NCBI RefSeq assembly: GCF_902652985.1
Contig: NC_047024.1
Span: 29,450,001-29,514,000 of the forward strand
Reading direction: 5' to 3'
Origin: Pecten maximus
Taxonomy: Eukaryota
Length of the DNA stretch: 64,000 bases
The stretch's first letter is position 1. Every line of letters starts with the position of its first letter. This document shows positions 27,201 to 39,200 of this stretch, one piece after another. The translations under genes were made by a program, and so were the position numbers. The notes beneath the pieces are model-generated. The model searched no databases and was not told the origin of the DNA. It was given only the letters and a program-made list of their open reading frames with translations.

Positions 27201-30200
27201 TGACAAGAAATTCCATTGATTGCCTGCCTTAATATAGCTTTTAAACACTTTCATAACATTTTTACAGCTGTACAAATGTCAACAGTGTACCATAATAACT
27301 AGCATTTTACCAACCAAGGACTACGTAGGATGTGGGGTCAACCGCTACCTGGATGGCCTCTCACATCAATTACAACAGTAATAAGTCCCATTACTTTCAA
27401 ACACCCACAGGACCCTGTTTTTATCTATAACCCAAAGGGGAGGCCATTTTCTGTTGTCACACGTCTACATGGTTACCACCACTGTTGAGTCGAAGGATGG
27501 GACTAAATTATACATTGGTAGGACAATCTACTCCCCCACACTAATACAAAACATAGCTCAAGGAAAGCTATAATTCTGATTCCATATAGAGGAGTGTTTT
27601 GTTGTCAACATGTCATATTATAGGAATTTATAAAAACATGAAACTTAATTCATTTGGGAGAATATTGCATCATCTCCGAAGCATTTTTCATTTTTTCAAA
27701 ACACCCAATTTAGAATAAATTAATACCTTTAACTTATAAATGTATCTGCTTCTTAAGTATACAAACACTCCTTTTTTATGGATTTTTTCAAAACACCCAA
27801 TTTAGAATAAATTAATACCTTTAACTTATAAATGTATCTGCTTCTTAAGTATACAAACACTCCTTTTTTATGGATAACAATTAAGACCAACAGCAAGCAT
27901 TCTGCTAGGTGTAATACTGTAAATCACTTAGATTTTGGGAATGCTGATCCAGGAATGAATTTAAATTTGTGAATGATGAGCTTTTTGAGTCATGGACTCT
28001 CCGGCACTCCTTTATCAGCAAACAATTACTTTGCTGCTATCAAGAGTGTTCATATTTTTTATTAAGGATTTTAATTCTTGATTGACTTCCTAGTGTGTTA
28101 ACATGAAAATAAATCCTACATAAAATATAAGTGATTTACAGTATTCAGCAGATCTATCATTGGTTGATTCTTCTACTTTTAACTGGGGCATCAAATGTTG
28201 TTTGCACATTATAATGTCGTACTTACATTTGTATTGGCAAACAAAGCATTAAGGTAAAGTATTAAGGAGAATATACATAGGTTCAGAAACAAGTAGTAAA
28301 ATTTTGCTGTTAAGTAGTTCAATCAATAGTTCACGGCAAATTTCAAATGATTTGTTGTGGACAACATGGGTTTTTAACAAACAAGTCTAAGTTTGATAAG
28401 AAGCCCACACATCAATGTTACATTTTCAAAGACGTAATTCAAAAAAAAATTCTGTCAATCATTTTACATTTTCAAAGACGTATTTCAAAAAAACATTTCT
28501 GTCAATCATTTATATTTCACATAGGATTTATTTTTGCGTTAATACGCAAATTAAATTCCTTAGCGATTATTTGTATGCGAATAACACCTTTGGAGGGCGG
28601 TCAAGCTATTGGTTACAGATATAGTAGTCCATGACCCTAATAGCTCATCAACTGCGAATTTAAAGTCATTTCTAGATCAGCCTTCATGAAATCACGTATT
28701 CGCAATTATGTCTGAAGAGGTCCTATTTGCAATTATGTCTGAAGAGGTATCTTCGCGAAATTAAGTATTCACGAAATCTAGGTGATTTGCAGTATTTCAT
28801 TGTCCTGTAATGAGCCCACCCCTCCTCAGGGTCGGGATGTATATGTTAACACTCTGGGCACAGTATGGTGAAGACAAGACAGGCGATTCACAAGCAGATA
28901 ATACAAGGTTACAGGGTACAGATACATATATTTATAAGAGCATCTGTAAAAATGAAAAATTACATAAGTCAAGTCCTGTATCCACTGAGCTATTAATTAA
29001 GGGACATCCTGTTTAATAAAGGAAATAATTAAGTGACTAGAATGATTATTAATGACACAGATATAGACAATACAATAAATGATTTAATACAGGTACATAC
29101 TACACACTTACAGGTAAGTACAGGTACATGTAGGTATAAGTACAGGTAGGTCTGGGTTCAAAATACAGGTAGGTGTTACTCACAGGGAACTGGAACGGGA
29201 CAGCACCACGGGATTGTTCTTCCTCCTTAAGATCGGGGACGGGTCAGGGCTAGGTCGTGTGTACTCTTTACGTCGGAATACTGGGGATGGCCCTGGGTCT
29301 GATCTCCTGTAGGGGGAACAAACATTGATGACGTCAGTATATCTATATTACAGGTATATAATCTTATATAATCTCCGGTATGGGGGGGGGGGGGCTCTAG
29401 GTGCAGATTCTTCCGAAGAAAACACTATTTATATAATATGTGGGATACGGGAAAGAAAACATCATTTATATATGATATGTGGGGTAGGGGATAACATCAT
29501 TTATATATGATATGTGGGGTAGATTCTTCCAAAGAAAACACTATTTATATAATATGTGGGATACGGGAAAGAAAACATCATTTATATATGATATGTGGGG
29601 TAGGGGATAACATCATTTATATATGATATGTGGGGTAGGGGATAACATCATTTATATATGATATGTGGAGTAGGGATAACATCATTTATATATGATATGT
29701 GGGGTAGGGGATAACATCATTTATATATGATATGTGGGGTAGGGGATAACATCATTTATATATGATATGTGGGGTAGGGGATAACATCATTTATATATGA
29801 TATGTGGGGTAGGGGATAACATCATTTATATATGATATGTGGGGTAGGGGAGAACATCATTTATATATGATATGTGGGGTAGGGGATAATATCATTTATA
29901 TATGATATGTGGGGTAGGGGATAACATCATTTATATATGATATGTTGGGTAGGGGGTAAAATCATTTATATATGATATGTGGGGTAGGGGATAACATCAT
30001 TTATATATGATATGTGGGGTAGGGGATAACATCATTTATATATGATATGTTGGGTAGGGGGTAATATCATTTATATATGATATGTGGGGTAGGGGATAAC
30101 ATCATTTATATATGATATGTGGGGTAGGGGAGAACATCATTTATATATGATATGTGGGGTAGGGGATAATATCATTTATATATGATATGTGGGGTAGGGG

Positions 30201-33200
30201 ATAACATCATTTATATATGATATGTGGAGTAGGGATAACATCATTTATATATGATATGTGGGGTAGGGGATAACATCATTTATATATGATATGTGGGGTA
30301 GGGGATAACATCATTTATATATGATATGTGGGGTAGGGGATAACATCATTTATATATGATATGTGGGGTAGGGGAGAACATCATTTATATATGATATGTG
30401 GGGTAGGGGATAACATCATTTATATATGATATGTGGGGTAGGGGATAACATCATTTATATATGATATGTGGGGTAGGGGATAACATCATTTATATATGAT
30501 ATGTGGGGTAGGGGATAACATCATTTATATATGATATGTGGGGTAGGGGAGAACATCATTTATATATGATATGTGGGGTAGGGGATAATATCATTTATAT
30601 ATGATATGTGGGGTAGGGGATAACATCATTTATATATGATATGTTGGGTAGGGGGTAAAATCATTTATATATGATATGTGTGGTAGGGGATAATATCATT
30701 TATATATGATATGTGGGGTAGGGGATAACATCATTTATATATGATATGTGGGGTAGGGGGTATCATTTATATTATGATATGTAGGGCAGGGGTCGACATT
30801 AACGCTTGTCCGATTGTCCGGTACCAGACGAAATTGATGTCGGACAAGTGAAATCATTAAAGTACTTGTCCGACGGGACAAGTAACAAATCTGTCTGTGT
30901 TTTATTTATGTTATATTCTGAAGTCAAAACTGATTCAATACTCACTGTAAAATGAGTAAAAACTCCTTTAAATTGTGTTAACCATCGAACGGAAGTGAGT
31001 TGATCATGCTTATTAAAGCTTCATTCGGAACTACAAAGAAATGATAGTAGACTTCCGAGGGCTCTCGAAAACATGTAATCAGTATCACTAGTATGTTTGA
31101 AACGCATGCGAATGCTGTACATGTGAGAGCATTGATACTACGACAGATACCGTCTGCTGGAATCGTAATAAAAATGAATCAGTTTTGATATAATTAAGGA
31201 GGCTACAGATGCAGCAGACTGCCGTGCCCTAGAAAACGGTGACATGTTTTAATGTTTTCACAGTAGTAAGTTTGTTTATAGTTTAGTCAAACAGTTCTGC
31301 ATGAAAGTTAATTATTTTAAAGTACTTCATTCATCTGCTTTTAGGTCAAAAAAGGATGGTTTAGTAAAACTTAAATAACTTTTAATAATACTTTCTTGCT
31401 GTTTTATTGTTGTTAGTAATTATTATGAGTCGAAATTATGGCTTGCAGTGCTTACCTCTACTTTATAATAAATCATCTCGCTGTTTACACATAACAGATG
31501 TAAAGTAGAAACTCATGTAGGACAAGTGATTATTTCATTCGGACAAGTGAATTCATCTTATCACTTGTCCGAAGGGACAAGTGCAGAAAAAAGTTAATGT
31601 CGACCCCTGTAGGGTAGGGGATAACATCATTTATATATGATATGTGGGGTAGGGGATAACATCATTTATATATGATATGTGGGGTAGGGGATAACATCAT
31701 TTATATATGATATGTGGGGTAGGGGATAACATCATTTATATATGATATGTGGGGTAGGGGATAATATCATTTATATACGATATGTGGGGTAGGGGGTATC
31801 ATTTATATTATGATATGTAGGGTGGGAGGGAACAAAAGTTATATACAGATATCTGCAGTAGGAACACATAGTTGGACATTAGATATAACATTAATTTAGT
31901 ACTCAAAGACAAATGCCTGATTTTAAATACAATGTCCATAAGCTGTCACATATAATTTCCTGTGGAAGGAGTGAGCATTCTGATGTAATGTATACAATGA
32001 CACTATTTTGTATAAACTTTAGATCAAACACTTAAATATCAGCAAGAATTTACCGTGGTAGACTGGAGGAGGCAACCTTGATCGGTAACTGTCTGGGAGG
32101 GGGCATCAGCGTTTGGCTTTCTGCCCCATTAAAGACCTCGGGTGGTATTTTCCCCGTATAATCATTCATGGCAAGTCGTTCCTCCTCTGGAGTTTCCGGC
32201 AGGGTGTGCAGAGGTGGCTTTACATCCAACGCCTGGGCATCTGCGTATAGCAGTTCGTCCGGCGTGGCCGTCCGTCTGCGAGCCTATAATGACCAAAACA
32301 CGTGAAGTCACTTCCATCTTCTCCTCAACAATAATACAAAGAGGAACCTTGTTTATCTTAACATCAATGTTTCAGGGAAGTTCATGGCCTGGACAGCAAT
32401 TCTACTTTATTTGCAATTTTAAATTGGTTATTATACTATGCTAAAATTGGTCCGAAACAACAAGTTTCCAATGTATATGTAGACTTATTCAAGTCCCATT
32501 GTAATCAACAGATTCAGCATTAGGAATATTACAATGAATATATAAACACAACATGGTGTACATACTTCATGCCTGTATAAAATAAACTGTTCAATAAAAA
32601 TCCATAGTAACCTGTTAATTAGAATTAAAATGATTGTAAAAATGATCTTTCAAGCTGGTTGAATTTTTGTTTGAACTTTCAAAATGTTTTGCTTGCTACT
32701 AAAATACAGATTAGAAGAGACCTGAAAACAAATGTATTTTAACATAATTTTGTAACCTAATGAAAAAGCTGTAGACATGCTCAAAAAGAAATTATTAATG
32801 ATTCTGAGAAATCTTGGTCAAGTACTTTTAGAAGTAAATGACTATACTGATATATTAAAAAGCTTATAATTGAATTTTCAATATTAATATTGAATGACAT
32901 GGCAAAAGTGGGCATATGTTAGAATACTGAATTATTGAAACAAATTAATAATGCAACTTAATTATTTCATGGCATATATGATTATTTATCCCATAATCCT
33001 ACCAATACAGTGTTTCACAAATCCAAGCCTACACTATTTTTTCTTTCTTTTCCCCCAATAAAATAAAATTTTGAAGCTTCTATCCAGTAACTTCAGAATA
33101 TTTATGTCTGTTATGTCTCAACTTATCACTGAAATCATTCATTTAGACCAAAGAGTAAACCTTTTTTGTCATAGACAGTATAATTATGGGATATGGGATA

Positions 33201-36200
33201 AACATTATGTAATTCAATTGGGAAGATTAATCATGATTTATCCAACTGCATGGATTTAATCTCAAATATGATGAACTTGTAGATACATGTAAAATTTCAC
33301 CTAAGAATGAATTAATTCCATCTGATATATATCGTAATTAGTTAGCATTATACATAAGAATATAATAATTATTTTTTATTTATCAGATATCTGAGCATTC
33401 ATACAAGGTTTAAATAGACGTTAAACATCATAAATGTTATATAAATAAGGTTTGTCTTACACATATAACAATATATATATATACATTATATATGTTCAGC
33501 CATCAGCAGCATCCCCAACCTCTCATTGCCATGGTGACGGTTATATATAATAATGGTGATCTTGATTAGAACATAATCTCATATCTTTCTGTCATTACAA
33601 CATACTGATAAATGCATATGAGTGTATCCTTGTAGAGACTAACACAAATATATTGCCCAATAATTTTCTTCAATCATCAAACCAAATTTGCGGCGAAAAT
33701 ATTATGCAGATAACAAACCACTGGTTATTTTTGCCAAAACAGTATTATGAAATTATATATTTTCAAAAGAAGAAATCAATCACTCAAAAGGTACATTTAA
33801 TTTCTCAAAAACACAACAGCATAACATTAAATATCAGATCTGGGAAAAACAACTTTATTATCAAATCCTTCAATTCAAAATTAAGATCAATAAGTTTAAG
33901 CCTGTGATATGAAAACAAGGGTTAGCACCATCTCCTGACAACGATACACCAATGTACTTTACTTGAGCAGAACTTGTGCTCTTGCTTCGAATCCTCAAGC
34001 GTTGACATGCATGCAGCTGAAAGTTCAAAGTAAATTATCTATTTTTGCCCTTCCATAATTTCATGTCTGGAACAACTGATATTTGATTATCTTCTCATCA
34101 AAGGGGCATAACTCATCTCTGACTTTGACAGCAAATAAAAAAAAATGTAAATAGATATCAAATAATAATTTATACATGTATTTAGCAAATACAAAATGTT
34201 CTAACTGTGATAAAAAATGACACAAAAATTGTCACAAGGCATATATATATACACACACATTTTGTCAGAAGACATGCAAATTCTTATTTACTTGAGATCT
34301 TCAAGGGAGATAATCTAATAGCATAAGATGATGAAAACAAATCTTCATGGAACAGTGGATATGTAGCTTGTTTTATATTGGTTATTGCGATAAATATGGC
34401 ATTCTCTATAATTGTAGGCAGTTTCTATAAAAAAGTATACATTTCAACAATGCAAATATATAAAGAGAATATAAACAGTATTGTAGGTGTAATAACTTGT
34501 AAGTAATATGTAGATATGTGTCCCATGTTAATTACTAGGAGGGCAATTTAGGTAGGAGTCTATGCTGTTAAAAAGGAATGTTTCAATGAAGAAGGCAGTT
34601 AACAGTACTGGGGTAATAGAGAGATCACAATACTTTAAACAACTGTTACAGACAAGGAAATGTTAATTGGGATTCAATGATAGCTAATGCTAGACCATTA
34701 GGGCAAGACATACACAATCTATATGTTCCACCTCTATGGGTTCAAACCTGAATTTCAAATGTGGAAAGATCATCAAAGTCTTCAATTGGTTTTTGTTTCA
34801 CAAAACTGATATTCAAATATCTTTTGTAAATTCTATCTTTTTTGGTTATCTATTTATATATCTTACTATCCAACTTATTTTCACAGACTGGCTAGTTTCC
34901 ATCACACAAGAGGATTTCAGATCAATATAGAATTCGCTTTATATAGTTGGGTTTCTTAACAATTGCGTTTTTTTTTTTTCCTTATCCTTGTGTAAGTAGT
35001 TCAGTTCATTACCAGAGGGATGTTTTTCATCTTATTTTAGTTGTTTTAATGAAGATGTAGCATCTCATTCCAGGTTTCCATTAATTTTGGGGCTTTTGAA
35101 ACGGATTACGAGAAAGTTAGAATCACGTCTGGATTTTTAACTACCACTTTCATTATGTAAGATCTAAGAAAAAAGTGACTTTCTTTTTCTTTTTTTTTTT
35201 GCAATGAAACAATTTAATTTTACATGCCATCTTAATTCTACTATTTTGCTGATTCCACAACAGTAGTTGCTAATTTTACATTCTACGAAATAAACATGAA
35301 TTTAATTCAATATCTCATCAGTATTGAAAGTGTAAATTTCAAATGAAGGGATAACAGAAAAGGAGTGTGTGTAGACAGACTCTGGGACACATATCTACAT
35401 TTCATATTAAAAAGTCTATAGCGTAGTGTTATGCATACATAATGCTATATACTTACCGGTAATGACCTACGAAATTCCTACAGTGTAAATAGTCGTAATT
35501 CATTTACTGCCGATGTTAATGACACACAGTATACAGGGGGCACTTCATATACAGGTTACAATATAGAGGGGAGGGGGGGGGGGGGGGGGGGGGGGGGGGA
35601 TATGAAAGATTATGGCAGATTCTGGTATGATCTTTTCTTATTAAATACTTTATTTCTTTCAATTTTCAGCAACAGACTGACAAATAAAATTTAATGAAAA
35701 GTGACAAATCTCTTTTGTGGTATAAACAATATCTATAAATTTATTTTAGTTATGTTTCTTGAAGTTTCCAATGCCAGAATTTGAGCGATAATTTATTTAT
35801 CATACACAAGTCTAAACCAGAACCAGTCAACTTACAACTGGAGCTATTTGTACAATTATATTACCCATAATTCCATGTTTAGTCTTAGAAGTTTAGAGTT
35901 TAACATGTTTCAGTAGGTAAGTGAATTTATGGACCAGTTTCTATATATTGGAGAATACTAGTAACCTCATGAAGCAGTAGCTCAATAAAGATTTCTTAAA
36001 AACTTCATACAATTCCATCATTTTAGCAGGAATGGACACTGGACACTGACAACATATATACCAGCAACAATGAACATTGAACACAATCACTAATCCTTTG
36101 GCTAATACATCCTTGTTTTGGCATTATGATTAATATCTACAGTAGAGTAATTCTGAATTACAATTGAATAGTCCATCAAAAATAGATCAAGGGAGATAAC

Positions 36201-39200
36201 TCTTATCATTATTCTTTTTCTCAACATTATATTTAGAGAATAACATTTTTATGATTGATTGCCTCACATAATGGTATCTTTATAACACAAGCATTAAGTC
36301 TAACATTCACTACCATTATATAATAGATCTAAACTGCCAAACATCATTAATATATTTAAGGTGCTTTTTTTACAAAAGAAAGATGTGCAGTGACTGTAGC
36401 ATGCACTACATCAACCATGCATTGATCTGGTGTTTAAGTTATAGTTAGACTCTCAATAAATTTATATTATTTTATGACTCATTTTTGATATTCTGTTTTT
36501 TGTCCTCTTTAAAAAGAAGATGTATCATCCATGCAATAAAACAGTATTTTAGGAATAAGTTTCTAGATATTTAAATAAAATACTATTATTTACAAATCAA
36601 TAGACACATTTTGTTATACGAATTTCTAATACTGGTTTATTCTTTTTTTCTTCTTTTCTTTTTTCAATTATGAAACAGATTGACGCAATGCTATAAATAA
36701 ATGAAAGATTGATGTATCAATTACATGAGATGGATTTAAAGCCATCTTGAAACTATGCTTGTCTGATATTTTTCATTACATTTAATCCTATTTTTTTTTT
36801 TTTCTTTTTTTAAATCTGTATGAACCTTTTGTAAGCATGAAAAACAACAGCTTTTCTCCATGACATAGCCTTTTATTTTGGAAAGTAATTTTGAACATAC
36901 ATGTAAAAGGAAAGCAGGACACACTGAAAAACACAGGTGATTACAGAGAAAACTGAGGCTGAGCACACATACAACAGTCACAGGGTACGGTAAATACCTG
37001 TAGCTCACACTCGTAATACATGGGTGGAGGTGGAAAAAACATCTTCATAAATGCTCTCTCCAATTTCCTTAAGTTCCTATAGAGAGGGGGGTACAAACAT
37101 GGACTTACAGCTGTATGTAGGCTATACATTGTGACCTTGACACTTTCACAAAAGTTACAACAATTTTATAAACTCTGAAGTGGTTAAATAACTTTCAATC
37201 CTTTACATTACTTCATTAGTTTAATTCTATGTTCTATTGTCACTTTTAAAACAGAAAATCATTAATTCAAACTTCTTTTTTTCTTCAAAATTTGAGAAAA
37301 TTTCAGTTTACAACTTAAGATTTCTTACTTTTTCACAATTAATTTTTTCTTTCTTTTTTTTTGTTTGTTTTGATCTCCGAAAAAATAATATTATAACAAT
37401 TTGTGCAAGTGTCGAAAGTCAGCAATATCCTTAACCTTTGACCTCTAAGACACCATATTAGGCTGGTCAAATTAAGAAATCATTATAGAAGCAAACGGAC
37501 AACATAATTAACATGAGACTATTCTGTTCCCATCCCTGAAATGAAAGTTAATGTCACTGGAATACCCAGCTTCTGCCAAAACAAGAAATTAACAAAAAAA
37601 AAATAGCTAAATACCTTGTCTCTTTTGCCCAAATCACCAAGTGTCATCCCTGGGGGAAGCTGGGCAGGCTGGGGTGGTACCTGACTTTCAAACATGCTGT
37701 CCATCAAAAGAAATGGGCGGAGTCACAGCCAAAGATCCACCAATGAAAACACAGCACAACCACAAAAAGGTGCCAAACAGAACATAAAAAGGAAAGGAAA
37801 AAGAAAACTCAAATGAAGCTAAGTCAGAATCTCATCATGCAAAATCATAAATAAAACAAAACAAAAAGAAAAAAAGAAAATGAAATTTTGACATTGTTTT
37901 TCAAAAATAGATTTCTATTGATTTCTCTCTAAAGAAACCCATGCAGCATATTTGAGAAATCAATGTCAAAATGTTCATAGCTTAACACTAATTCTTGAAA
38001 TCTGGAGATTGCTTGTTTGTTCCAGGTGTTACGACCTTGCAATAACAAAGGTCTTGTGAACATACCAAAGATAAACTAGACAGAGTAATTTAATTTGTTG
38101 GGCTGAAAAAACAAGAACAAGTTTACCTCCAGAACAGAAATTTATCATTTTTTTTCAAGATAAACACTCATTTCCAAAGAATTTTTTTTTTATATATATA
38201 TGCAGAGTGTCAATTTGAAAACCACATTTATGGATTTAAAAAAAAAATATCTATGACTTTGTCAGAATGGAAATGACAGCATTATAGACCATTGATTTAA
38301 GCACCCTGTGTACTCTGAAATGTAAGTTTAATTACACCATGTAAAGCAGAAAAATAAAACCAGACTGTCACCAACAATGTGAAGTTAACATTAAAAGATT
38401 GTAACAGAACAGTGCCTACCTTTTCCCCACAAGAACTTGGTTAGTGTGATGAGAAACAACAGTCCATTAATACATACAGTGAAAAGAACCCAAAATATAC
38501 ACCCATAATTGCTCTCAAAAAATGTTCTTTCCATTGCTACTTTCATTCAACTCATGTATGAAGTGCATAATATCAATCACCCATTAATAAAGTGCAATTT
38601 CATAAACCTTAATGCGAGTTTTGGGGAAGATCTCAATACAATTCTAATTGTTTTGGCATAACACATTTATAGGTACACGTAAATCTATTCTATTGTCATT
38701 ACTAAGTTTTGATACATGCCAACAACAGTTAAAAATCTCTCTTATTTGTCTCGTTCGATGAAGGATGAAGATGATCAAATAATGAAATAATTGTCAGTGG
38801 ACTGGACATAGTTTGGTGGATTGATGATGGCTTGTATACCCCATTCTCACAATCTGGCTTTATTTACAGCACGGCCACAACATATCACATGTACTAGTAA
38901 TCAGCAAGGATTCACAAATAAAGCAGCATTGTCTCATTCCAGATTTCTAAATTGTTAAAATCAAAATTCTAACACATAATTTTGCAACCTAACATATGCC
39001 GGAATGACATATTAAAACTAGTAGAAGCTATTCAAAATACTACAGTGTAATCTAATGTTCAAACAAACACTGAAATCAAAAACAGTAATCACGAACAAAA
39101 TATATCAATAATGTACCAAAAAATGTAATGGAATTAAAAAAGTATAATAAAAAATACATAAATATTGTACAATATATAGTGGGTAAATACGGTTGAAATA

